Shown piece after piece: positions 22,696 through 34,002 of a stretch of DNA of 64,000 bases. The position numbers were made by a program, and so were the translations under genes. The stretch is taken from positions 1-64,000 of the forward strand of contig CDMY01000486.1 in NCBI GenBank assembly GCA_001179505.1, in the 5' to 3' direction. The notes beneath the pieces are model-generated. The model was not told the origin of the DNA and did no database searches. It worked only from the letters and a program-made list of their open reading frames with translations. Within the stretch, counting starts at the first letter, position 1, and each line of letters opens with the position of its first letter. Source of the stretch: Vitrella brassicaformis CCMP3155 (Eukaryota > Protista > Chromerida).

Positions 22696-23918
22696 CCAAT
22701 GACCGATGGCGACCGCTGCACACATACATACCATACGGCCCGCCTGGCAGAGATGGGACGATGGATGGATAGTAGGTGGGTGCCGTGGGTGGATGGATGG
22801 ATTTGGGTGGCACTCGGCCTCGTGGGGCGTCTTTTACGCGGGGGTGCATGCGTGTGTGTGCTACGAAAATGGTGTCGGCTGGACGGGAGGGAGGCAGGGA
22901 GGAATGGTGTGTGTGGGGTGTGGTCAGAAAGGCGGGCGGGCGGGTGGAGGGGTTCCGATCGATCATCGCATGGATGGATGGACGGACGGATTCATTCGTT
23001 CTCCCTGACTGACTGACTGCCTGCCTGTACATACGACAGTGCACGAGATTGATGAGGTCTTTCCCTAATCGCATGTGCCGTGATCGTTTTCCCCTCTCTG
23101 CGTCGTGTTCGCGTGTCGCCTTGGCCGTAGCATGCCACTCGGCCATCCACAGAGGCCCTACTGACCAAAGTCGGGGTCTCTGAGGATGGCCAGGTGGGGG
23201 TGGCACCGACAAGGCGACACGTACACGACACGCCCAAGAAGACAGGAGGGAGCAGTCATTCAATCATCATCGATGTCATTATTATTGTCTTGTGGCTGAC
23301 ACTGACGTTGTGTGGTTGGCTGCTGCATGTGCGGGGAGGAGGGTGTCGACGACGAGGTGCACCTTGCTGCTTAGACGATCTCTTCGCGAGCAGCACGATG
23401 CACCTCGTTGTTGTCAGCCGACTCCCAGCAACGAGCAGCTATGCCACAGATTCCACCCTATCAATGATTTGTTTGCCGAGTGTTTTGACCTCTCAGTTAG
23501 CGAGTGCAGGCAGGATGGATGGATGGATGGGTGTGATGCGAGGCGGACGAACGGACCGCCTGACTGGCTGGCCTCTCGTCGACCGACATACGCACACACA
23601 CACATCGACTGACTCTACCGACCGACTTGCCCGACAGCCCAGCCGACGGACCGTATGCATGCCGTGCGTGTGGACTTGCGTGAAAGGTGTTGCCATGAGC
23701 CAGTCACTTGACGACAGACAGAAGCCTCACAACATTCACACACACAGACACACACACACACACAGAAAGAGAGGCAACCACCCAATACCACCTGCAGTGG
23801 TCCATCCATCCATCCATCCATCCATTGAATGCGATAAATGGAGACAGACCTTCACACACCGGCACCCCTCATACGCAACGCAGTGAGAGAGGGCTCTTTG
23901 CACACACATCCAGTCCAG

Positions 23919-26900
23919 CTAGCTGTCCCACTTGATGCCCAACACGTAGGAAGACACATCAGTGAGGGTCTGCCTCGCCGGCCGGCCCAGCTGTGCAGAC
24001 AACACCCACCCACCCCCGNNNNNNNNNNNNNNNNNNNNNNNNNNNNNNNNNNNNNNNNNNNNNNNNNNNNNNNNNNNNNNNNNNNNNNNNNNNNNNNNNN
24101 NNNNNNNNNNNNNNNNNNNNNNNNNNNNNNNNNNNNNNNNNNNNNNNNNNNNNNNNNNNNNNNNNNNNNNNNNNNNNNNNNNNNNNNNNNNNNNNNNNNN
24201 NNNNNNNNNNNNNNNNNNNNNNNNNNNNNNNNNNNNNNNNNNNNNNNNNNNNNNNNNNNNNNNNNNNNNNNNNNNNNNNNNNNNNNNNNNNNNNNNNNNN
24301 NNNNNNNNNNNNNNNNNNCACCCACCCCCGCCCTCCCCCTCCTCCCCTGACTCATCATCAGCAGCGTCCTTAGCCTCTTTCTCAGGGATGTGTGGGGACG
24401 TCAGCTTAAGAGAATCTCTTGTTGTGCCTGCACCCACCCACCAATCCATCCACATGAAGGAAAATGTGGTCTGTCTCGGCGGCATGAGAACAAGGTGGCT
24501 TACGCAGCTGCTGCAGCTGTCTTGCGATTTCCATCTTGGCTCCACTGTCGGCGAGGTCAGCCGCCAGCGTCTCTGCTGTGGTGAAGGCGTCACATGCCTT
24601 CTGGAGGCACTCCTGCATTCTCTCCCTTGCCGCGTCATCCCGCTCTTCGCCCGATGTGTTCTCTTTTCCAACCATCAGATGGACCTCCACTACTGAGGCC
24701 AGCGCTGCACACGCGGATGTGCACACGAAGAGATAGGCGCGTGTCGTGAATGTCAGTCAGGCAGGTAGGCCGACAGGCTGACCGACCTACGGCGAGATGC
24801 GCTTCCATCAAGACGGCCGATGCAATGGGGTCGTTCACTTCGGCCACATCCTCTTTTCCCTGCTCCTCCTGGTCCTCCTCATCTAGTGGCGTGTCTCCCT
24901 TGTCAATGACAGTCAGATGGGCCAGCGAATCCTCGAAAACTCTGCAGGAAAGCAAATAAATACAGAGATTGCAACCAAGCGGTTGTGGCTGGGTCTTGAA
25001 GGATCGTACTCACTCTTTGGCGTGTGTGGTGTCGGCCCTCTTGAGAGCACACCAGCCAAGACGCAGACACACCGCCGCCTGCATGAGACAGACAGGGAGG
25101 CACTTGCGGGTCACGGGGCGTACGAACGGTGATATGTATCGTCACCAGGATGACTGAGTTGGGTGACGACAAGGGAAGAGAGGCCAGCCGCACAGCCAGA
25201 CCGCCCTCGAAGATGATCCCACTCGACAGCAACACAGCCATCCTGACATGCCGACAGGTGACAACAAACACCATATTGAGAAGCCACTGACGTAAGCCAC
25301 GCAGCAATCAGAGACACACCTCTTCCAATGTCGTTGTGCGGCGGCGAGGTCCCCCTGCAGCTCACAGAGATGGCCCAGCTTGGGCAGAATGCGGCACTCG
25401 ATGCCGTGTGCGTTCCTCGCCACCGCCATCCGCATGGCCGTCCTGAACTCATCCAACGCCCTCCCACGCTGCTGCGCACACAAGTACAGCTCACCTGAAA
25501 CAAACACACACACACACACGAGATCGATTCATCCCAGGCCCGTTCACTCACTCACAGACTCACCTAGCCGAGCGTGCAGGTTGATTGTGAGTCCATATCT
25601 GTCGATCGCCGGCCCGGAAGTCAGCAAGGGGTGCTTTTGGAACGCCCTCAGGTGGTCAAGCTTGGCTGCGATGAGCGCTGGCGCGTTGTTGGCGCGGGGG
25701 TGACCAGGTTGGCGAGGGGCAATGATGTCCTGGACGCCGAGGGCCTCCTGGATCTGGGGAGAAAAGATGGCATACGTAGAGGGGAGTGATGATCAGCGAC
25801 CAGAGGCCTCACCTGAGCGATCCGTGCGGTCCAGTTGAGATATGTAGCAATAGCGCGACGCTTACGCGAGTCCACAGAGGGACGCTCAGCACTGAACATA
25901 CACACAAAGTCACAATAACGTCTTGATCTTCGTGGCTCTGTTCGATGTGTCTCCTCACCTTTGTGTCATGGTCGCGCTGGCCTCTGACCCCTCTTCCCTT
26001 CCCCTCCACAAACCATAGCAATGATGCCTCAACGCAGCCACCCTCGTCTGCCTTATCGGCCGCAGCAACTCGGTCGCAACCACACTCGCCGGAGCGCGCC
26101 TGCCCGGACCGCTCGACAGAGCGAGCGTCGCCCGCGGCGACACATCTACAGCTGTCGGCCGCCCGAGCCCCTCTGGCAGGTCCTCGCCCGCCGACGCCGC
26201 CCATTCATCTCGTCTTGGTCTGCTTGGGTCGGCCGTCATGGGCCGCGAAGGCGTCTGATCTGACCACTGCCGGTGGACGGTGCCGTCATAGCTCTTCCTG
26301 TCGTCGTCCTGGCCTCTCCGCGTCCCGTGTCTCGATGCGGGAGGCTCAGGCGACTCTATGCGCGAGGGAAGGCCGCTGGGGGGCGGGGGAGGCGGCGATC
26401 TTCTCGTCGTGTCGGGGGTCAAATCGACATCGACATCTACGTCGACGGTGGGGACTCCCTGGAAGCGAATCACGGTGTCCTCATCGTCAAAGATGTGCGA
26501 TCTCCCCCGCGACTCCCCCAACACGGACGAATACTTCCTCTGGTACTCCGATGACCGAAGCCGCTTGGTGCGTGGTCGGGGAGGGACAGGCTCGGCTAGC
26601 GGCTTCTTGGCCATGGTTTCGCGGTATGGGGACTTTTTTAGCCTGGCGCGGCGGGATGGGGGCGGTGGCGGAAAGGGAGCAGCCGTAGGCGCAGAGGGGC
26701 GAGTGGCAGGAGGGCGAGGCCGAGAGGGTTCTTTCCGGGATGGGGCCCTCTTTTCTGTCTCCTTTGCTGCCTTGGGCGGCTTGGATGATTTGGGCGACGG
26801 TGGGGCAGCCGCTTTGGTCTCTATCTCGGTCCCTTTGTTTTCCTCGACATTACCCTTTTTCTTATCTTGTTTCTCCCGCTGCTCCTCTTTCCACATGACG

Positions 26901-27754
26901 TAGGGGGAAACCATGAAGAGCGGATCGGTGACAATGTCTACGTTGACCACCCTCTTCCGCATCCCCTTGTTCCGTGGAGTCTCCGCCAGGATCCGGGCAG
27001 CCAGGGCGCTCTTGGCAATCGCCGCCTTGGCCATGGCAGCCCTCTCTCGCGGAGACATCGTTCCTCTTCTCGATGACGCAGGTCGGGTGAACGACACCCT
27101 GTGCGAGGTACTTGCTGTCGATGGTCGGCCCCTTGGAGACGTCCCCCTCGACTTTGGTGACATGTCAGCAGATATTCTCCTTGCTGCTCGCGGCGACTCG
27201 ATAAGTACATCGCCTTGCAGCAAGAGAGCTCGAAAATAGGCGCTCGTCGTCTCTTCATTAAGCTGCAGCGGCGGCGGCGGCGGCCGGGCTCGGGGAGGCG
27301 ACTTGGGCGGTGAGGTCACCGGACGTGAGGGGCTGGTTTGGAACTGTTGGAGCAGGCGAATGGCCTCGGAGTTTTGGGGCTCGAGATCAAGGAGGAGCTC
27401 GATGTCCGCCTTGGCCTCGTCTGCACGCTCCAGGTACATCAGACACTTGGCACGCTGAAGCAGAGCATGCTTCTCCCTGGAATACACCCCCAGGGCTCGA
27501 GAGTACCGGTCAAGAGCCCTCTCGAACTCGCCACCGGTGAACACCCTATCTCCAGTCTCCACGAGATTTCTCACCATCTCCGCATGCCGGCCTGGGCTGC
27601 GTGGCGGAGAACTCGGAATCTCTTCCTCGCCGTCCATGCCGATGGGCACAACTGGCGCATCGCTGCAGACGCTTCGCTGTTGTGCTTCGTCTTGAGGTGG
27701 GTGAACTTGGATAGACGCTGAAGACTGCATGACGCCGTGGGTCAAGGCCGCCAT
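23919..27754 (-). CDS. TPR-repeat protein with a long disordered basic/Pro-rich middle; 3' end uncertain (crosses N-gap)
   Basis: N-terminal TPRs (GDRVFTGGEFERALDRYSRAL; LLQRAKCLMYLERADEAKADIELLLDLEP) and later TPR-like exons (LGELYLCAQQRGRALDEFRTAM; LGHLCELQGDLAAAQRHWKR). Confidence 0.7.
24019..24318. other. Assembly gap (300 N)
   Basis: N run. Confidence 1.
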
Positions 27755-28519
27755 GTTGGGCCTTACGAAGGGCTCCTGTGAGGCTGGCTGGGGGCACCCC
27801 GAGAGCCCCCCGGCTCGCACAAAAAACGGTGCATGCATGCACTCGCACACTAACAGCCAAGTACCCTCGTGGCATTGGGGCGCGCAGCTTCTGACAGCCT
27901 CTCGTGCATCGCAAGTCGACCCCCGGTGGTCCAAGGCTGCATCTGACGCTCAATCAGCCAGCCCCACAGATCGGACAAGTTGGGGCTCGTATTGGGCTCG
28001 TCGAGGGCTTCACCATGCCTCCTGGGCAACGTTCTTCCCCTCACCTGCTCGCCGTGGTGATCTCCTTCGCCTTTGCAATGAGCGCAGCTCAGCAGAGCTC
28101 GACATCTCATGAGGGAATTGCGGCAAGGCATCAACACACGCCGGGAGACACGCACAACCCACAGCGCCAGACTCTTGACGGCGGGGCTGAGACTCTTGCC
28201 GAGAAGCCCGAGTGCTTGATTGACCAATTCGCCCTGTGCGGAGGGGCGGATCAAAACGGAACGGTGAGCTCAGCTGGCCAAGGCAGGGCCCAGGGCAGAT
28301 CTTGCGTCATTCTATGTATGTCTCTTGCGCATCCAGGCTGACGTGGCCCTTCCCTTTGTCCCGGCAGTCGCTCTGCATCCACACAGCAAGCCGGCATCAT
28401 ACACAAACACCACAGCGAGGGGGACTGCAAGGAACAAGTCCCTCGCGGCACTCGAGAGCATGACATTCTCTGCTCTGTTACAAGCCTAGACGACGGCCGA
28501 CATCTTCTACCATTGTGTC

Positions 28520-29839
28520 ATGCTTCCTCTAATCCTACTGGCCGCCACCTTTCTGTGGGCCATGGAGTTCCCAGCCACATCAAGGCTTGGCTCTCTCTAT
28601 GATGGAGTCCCCTCACTTTTTCCCTTCTTCCGCTTCGCCGTGTGCGCCATCCTTCTCGTCCCCTTCGTGCTATGGGCTGTCTTGTCTGTCAAGGACGCCT
28701 TCACGCGACTATTCGGCTTATCAACCATCTTGTGCTCGGTCTGTCTCTTTCTCGGATATCTGGGACAGACGTACGCTATCTCTTCTGGCCGGATGGCCTG
28801 GGCACAGACGAGCTTCGATTGCGCTCTTGCCTATCCGCTGTTCGGTCTGGTGGACATGTTCGCTTATGGTTCACACGATTGGAACACATGGGCGAGCATT
28901 GTCTTGGCTCCCGTCGGCTTTCTGCTCAGCCGAGTGCGTCTCTTTCCCACGGACCCCTCGCCACAAATGGACCGCAACTATACAACAGCCGCCCTGCTGC
29001 AGCTCTTCTTCGTATTTGCGAGTCTGTCGGGTGGGTTGGGGACGATCGGCCATTCCCATGTCCGGCAGGCATGTCCACACAACGTCGTCGCCTGCATGCT
29101 CGCGAGGATTGGAGTGCAGTGCTTGATGGCGTCTCTCCTCTTTCTAATCTTCACCGTGGGGGCAGTCTTTGCGAGAATGGGCTACTTCTCCTTCTCATCC
29201 GTCGCCCGTGCTCTTCGCAGGCCCCTTGAGGTCGTTACCACGCAAGGAAAGGGGCGTCTTGTCATCTGGTCTATGCTTCTGTTGACGTCCGTGGGTACAC
29301 TCATCTTCTGCCCCCTTAGTGTGTCTCTCTCCCTCCCCCACGACTTCTCCGGCCTCAAGCCTCGGTATCCGCTGTTGCGGACAGTGTGTGCGGCTCTGCT
29401 TGCAAGCCAGCCCGGGTGGAGTCTTCTGACGCAGAGAATGAGACACAGTGAGTGCTGGAAAAAGAGACATTTCAGAAACTGTTGCATGAGTCGGTTTGTG
29501 GTGGGTTGCTTGAACGGCAGGCGGGCAGAGGCGGCATCGGCAGAGGCAGGTGACGATTGGCCCTTCAGTCGGGGCCGTGCTTATCGCGCTGACCTCCTGC
29601 TTGGCGCTCAGCGGAAGGCATTCACCAATGACCCATGGCGTGTTTCATTGATGCCTGCTTGCATTGCAATGCGACAAGAACCCTTGCATGAGCGGTGTGG
29701 TGTGCATTTCAATGCGATATACTCAACAAGTGGTGGTGCTCAACAAACTCATTTACGCTTAAAAGGTCGCAGACCCGTTGCTCAGGGAAGGATCCAAGGA
29801 AGGAAAGATCCCCTCGCTCCAGGTGACGACATAGGGTGA
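28520..29839 (+). CDS. Divergent EamA/DMT-like multi-pass membrane transporter (C-terminus may be spliced at gtgagt ~29448)
   Basis: Hydrophobic ORF with DMT-like pattern LWAMEFP...FRFAVCAILLVP...FLGYLGQT; the sequence becomes non-hydrophobic after ~29450. Confidence 0.55.
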   Translation: MLPLILLAATFLWAMEFPATSRLGSLYDGVPSLFPFFRFAVCAILLVPFVLWAVLSVKDAFTRLFGLSTILCSVCLFLGYLGQTYAISSGRMAWAQTSFDCALAYPLFGLVDMFAYGSHDWNTWASIVLAPVGFLLSRVRLFPTDPSPQMDRNYTTAALLQLFFVFASLSGGLGTIGHSHVRQACPHNVVACMLARIGVQCLMASLLFLIFTVGAVFARMGYFSFSSVARALRRPLEVVTTQGKGRLVIWSMLLLTSVGTLIFCPLSVSLSLPHDFSGLKPRYPLLRTVCAALLASQPGWSLLTQRMRHSECWKKRHFRNCCMSRFVVGCLNGRRAEAASAEAGDDWPFSRGRAYRADLLLGAQRKAFTNDPWRVSLMPACIAMRQEPLHERCGVHFNAIYSTSGGAQQTHLRLKGRRPVAQGRIQGRKDPLAPGDDIG

Positions 29840-29918
29840 CACGGTCATTCACGCGACACCCCCGATGTCCTGCTATGTGTTGACAGGCACTTCACCACAT
29901 AGTCGGACGAGCAACGAG

Positions 29919-30809
29919 ATGAGCACCGAGAAACTTTCACTGAAGGCACGCCGGTTCGCCGTCTTTCCTCTCTGTTGGGCCCTTGCTCCACTCATCTCGA
30001 GTCTGGCTGGCCGCTCCTGGTCGCGCTGTACGGCCTTCGCTTCAAGGGAGCTGTCCCTCATGAAGATTGAGCAATGGACGAGTCTACAGTTCTACGAGCT
30101 GGAGGTCGAGCTCCACCGTGTCTGCCGTGACAGCGAAGAAGTTGACTGCTTTGCGTCGGGGGACGTCCGCTGTGCCAGTGAGAGCGTTAAGACGCCTCTC
30201 ACTGGCGAACTGCAGTTCAAGGACTGCAAGGAGAGCGTCAAGACTCGTGAGCGCCTGAGAGAGCAACCTGACGTCGTCCACTGTCGCTGCCGAGCATCCT
30301 ATGACTTCCTGATCGACAAAGCAGCTGGAAACGACGAGATGGAGGCTATGTGGCGGAAGGCCAAGGCAGTGGGCATCAAGTTCTACGTCACGGCGAGTCT
30401 GGCTCTTTTCTTGACGGTTGTGGCTTGCTGTGGCTTTGGATGTCTGGAGGCCGCTATCCAGTCTCGGAAACCCCTTAAAGTGATTGACCTGTCCATGGCA
30501 GCTGTGCTGGGCGGCGTCTTGCTTCTCGTGCTGTACGGATTGCTGTCCTTTCGTTCCGCTCGTGGTTCTGTTAGCATCGTCTCCAAAGATGAGCTGCATG
30601 AAACGAAGTGGACATCCGGACCGGCGGTGTGGAGTGGCATCTCTGTTCTCGTTTTTCTCGGCTTTGCGCTCTGGATCTACTTCGGTGGAGTGCTATCGGA
30701 TGTGTGTGACGGCAGTACACAGAGGACGGCGCTGCCACAGCACAACGTCCCTCCGATGCCACAGCAGAACGTCCCTCCTGAGGTAGTGGGGAACCCGCAG
30801 GATTGCTGA
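29919..30809 (+). CDS. Intronless 4-TM membrane protein (paralogue 2, inverted copy of 20353-21273)
   Basis: Single ORF sharing long identical stretches (AFASRELSLMKIEQWTSLQ, REQPDVVHC, KAKAVGIKFY, QQNVPPE...GNPQDC) with paralogue 1. Confidence 0.78.
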   Translation: MSTEKLSLKARRFAVFPLCWALAPLISSLAGRSWSRCTAFASRELSLMKIEQWTSLQFYELEVELHRVCRDSEEVDCFASGDVRCASESVKTPLTGELQFKDCKESVKTRERLREQPDVVHCRCRASYDFLIDKAAGNDEMEAMWRKAKAVGIKFYVTASLALFLTVVACCGFGCLEAAIQSRKPLKVIDLSMAAVLGGVLLLVLYGLLSFRSARGSVSIVSKDELHETKWTSGPAVWSGISVLVFLGFALWIYFGGVLSDVCDGSTQRTALPQHNVPPMPQQNVPPEVVGNPQDC

Positions 30810-31208
30810 TGGCCAATGAGCGCCCTTTCTTGGCTGGCCTAGTGCTGTGTTTCGTGTTGGTGAAGGCCGCTCTGGGGTGTGGGGTGTGTGGTCAGTTTTT
30901 CTGTCGTTCTTTGTGGTACGTGTCTGTCCTAGTAAGAGTAAGTTTATGAGCGACAGACCGCCTCGACGAAGGCAGATATGTAGACACAGGCAGATCTGAT
31001 AGGTCATTTTCATCCAGTGCACTGTACATGTAGAAACCTGAGCTCGACTGACTGGACGGGCAGGGGTCTACGTAAAACAAATGAACAGCACGCTTGCCGC
31101 TGGCAGAGAACCATAAAAGGGCGAAGGTACAAGTGACGACATCTTTCTTCTTTCTCAAGCAGGGAGTCGGTTGGTTTCCCTCCCTCCCTCAGGCCTGCCG
31201 TCGCTTCT

Positions 31209-32090
31209 ATGGGCTGTGCCGCCTACCACCCATGCTCCCGCTGTGCTATGATATCCATCCTTCTGGCCTGTGAGCTGGTCCTCTTGCCGCTGACCGGATC
31301 ATTCTGGCGTGAGGCCGAATCAGCACACGCTAGCTATGGCCAGTGGAGCTATGGAAGGATCGTAGTGAAGCAGCGCATGGGTCTTCAATTCTACACGGTG
31401 ACCGTGGTGGTGCACAGGTGCAGTTCTGACGTTACGGCCTGCTTTGCACGGAATGGTGTTCACTGCCGTGACAAGAGCGTCCAAGCGCCTCCATTCGGCG
31501 ACTCGGAGGTGGCCTTTGAGCAGTGCCACATGGTGCTATCGGAGGTATCTGCCTTCAGCTCGTTCTGCTCGTCCTGGTCGTCTTACGGCCGTCTGCGTGA
31601 CAAGGCGGCGGAGCGGGATGACCACAAGATGAAGGCGGCCTGGGACAAGATGAAGTGGGCTGGCATCCTTGTCTACTGGGCATCGAGTGCGGCATTCGCA
31701 TTGGCTGCAGCTGGGCTAGTATGTGAATGCCGCAAGCCGACCAATCTGGCGACCGGCACCATGATATCTGCGGCCTTTGTCTTGGTGCTTCTCGGTGGGG
31801 TTCTTTGGCGCGATTGGCCTGGACACGACCTCTGCTTTGGAAACGGCGACATGCACGGCGCCGAGTGCTCTTTGGGGTTCGCAGCGACATGGTTTGGCAG
31901 GTCCTTCTACCTGTTCTCTTTCGGCGTGTTTCTCTATTGGGGTGCCTTGGCGAAAGACACGCTGTCGAAGAGGAGGTCTTCCCTGCCGCCGCCTGTCCCA
32001 TTTCCGCAGCCTCCAGCTCATCCACTGCCGGCTGTTGTGGGCAATGTCACAAAGGACTCGACGGGGGGAGATTGGGAAGGCGACAGCTGA
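31209..32090 (+). CDS. Intronless 4-TM membrane protein (diverged paralogue 3)
   Basis: Aligns by eye to paralogues 1 and 2: GLQFYTVTVVVHRC..DVTACFARNGVHC vs SLQFYELEVELHRVC..EVDCFASGDVRC; DKAA..D..MKAAWDKMKWAGI vs DKAAGNDEMEAMWRKAKAVGI. Confidence 0.72.
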   Translation: MGCAAYHPCSRCAMISILLACELVLLPLTGSFWREAESAHASYGQWSYGRIVVKQRMGLQFYTVTVVVHRCSSDVTACFARNGVHCRDKSVQAPPFGDSEVAFEQCHMVLSEVSAFSSFCSSWSSYGRLRDKAAERDDHKMKAAWDKMKWAGILVYWASSAAFALAAAGLVCECRKPTNLATGTMISAAFVLVLLGGVLWRDWPGHDLCFGNGDMHGAECSLGFAATWFGRSFYLFSFGVFLYWGALAKDTLSKRRSSLPPPVPFPQPPAHPLPAVVGNVTKDSTGGDWEGDS

Positions 32091-33375
32091 CACTGACACG
32101 TGATGCGATCGATGTGTATACCAAGACGGCCGGTTGACCAGCCAGTATGTAGATAGATAGATACGATAGATACGTGTTTGTTTGATGAATGAAGCTGTCT
32201 GTCTGTATTTGGTCAAGATGAGGGACTGCACTCGTGTCGTCTTGCCTGGTTGATGGATTGATCGGCACAATGTAGACTACTCTTTCGTCGGTCGTACGGC
32301 TGTGTTGCTGTCGCTCTCTCGCTGTGTGATTTTTTGCGTCGTTTGGCTGCCTGCCTTGGCACATACATAGACAACGTGACCATGCCTTTGTTTCGTAAGG
32401 ATGTGGCGTGAGGGACAAGGAAAAGCCCATATGCATCGGCTGAAGGATACACGCATTGAGCTCGTCAAGCAGGTGTCAGATTACGGACACTCTCACTCAC
32501 TCACACAACATCTTCGCAAGAAGGTGTTCTCAGAGACCCACAGCAGCAGCAGCAGCAGCCAGGATCAATGCACACGACCAGCCGGGAATGATAGATACAT
32601 AGAGGGGAGAAAGTTCGGTTCGGCAGCCTCATCGCTGCTGCAGGTCAAGTCTGTCTCTGTCGACAGCCAGCTGACAAATACATACATACATGGATTGAGA
32701 GGATGAGGATGGAGGGAAGAAGGCAGGCCAGGCAGAGCTTCCGGAAGGGAGAAGAATCTCCAGCCGAAGATATAATGATATAATTGACCTTAGTTAGTTG
32801 CTACAGTCATTCTCGCATCCAACATGCAGGGATGCGTGTCTGTGCATGGTATGGTCCCCCAATGCCATCCCACACCTGAGCCAGACACGAGACTGGCATC
32901 GTGTGACTAGGGTGAAGGGTGACAACAAGAAACCATGCATGAGACACGCAAACACACTGCAGCAGGCAGGGATGTCGTTCGTCATACCCCACGACAGACA
33001 GAGTGCCGTTCAGCCCTGTCTGTGGTTCTGGTGCTTTCCGATGCCCCACGCGCACGTGATCTCTCGCAACCTCCGTCTGGCAGCGAGAAACGCCGTGCGA
33101 GGTCCTCACCGCAACCGCGCCAGAACCACAAACCAGCGGATGGAAATCGGCTGGCCCACACAGCCACGAAGCAATAGGCAGACAGTTAGGCATAGAGGCA
33201 GAGAGACGAGAAAGATAGGGAGGCCCCGATCCATTCACAGGCACAGGGAAATGCAAGCCAGGAGTGAGTCCGTTCTGTACACCCAGGCAGGCCGATCGCC
33301 CAGAAAAGCGACTCAGCACCCACCGCAAACACAACCCAACCCGCCACCACCCACCCCGGGCATCCATCCACTCAT

Positions 33376-33970
33376 TCAGGATCGCGCATAATCCACACGC
33401 TGAGGAGGACAGGACAACACACACACACACACACACACACGGCACACAGGGCGACATCTGATCTGGCTGGTGCCTGTGTGTGTGTCCCCCATCCCATCCA
33501 GCCCGCTGAGCTGACCTTTCTGTCCCTGAGTTCTCGTCCGTCGGCCGTCACGCGCACCTTGCGCTCGCGCAGAGGGGGGAAGGGGGGGATTTCTGATGGG
33601 TGGGTGCCATGCACACATGACATGGACGCCGACATGGATGGATGGATGGATGGGGTGTGGTGCTGCATTGGTGTCCGTAAGGCCTTGTGGTCCGGCTTAC
33701 GTCTCATGTGTTCCCTGACGTCCTTGGGGTGCCACTTGTTTGGGTACGGCCGCAGTGGGGGCTGACACACAGCTGCAGCGCACCACACACAGCCAACCAC
33801 ACGCACACGCACACACACACACATACATAAGTGTGCAGACAGACCACTCAGTCAAGCCAGGTAGGTGGCGTGACTCACTCACCATCAAAGTTGAATGCGT
33901 TCGGTGTCTGAATGAGGATCGCCAAGGCCCTCTCGATGTCATACTTGGCGAAACGCAACACCTGCACACA

Positions 33971-34002
<32 letters not shown>

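Noticed and set aside
23000-23900. Additional minus-strand exons extending the TPR gene past 23919
   Set aside because: Splice-like signals exist but the frame cannot be fixed across the adjacent gap.
32100-33370. Short ORFs (32401-32706, 32798-33391)
   Set aside because: No recognisable motifs and no convincing exon chain; probably UTR or intergenic.
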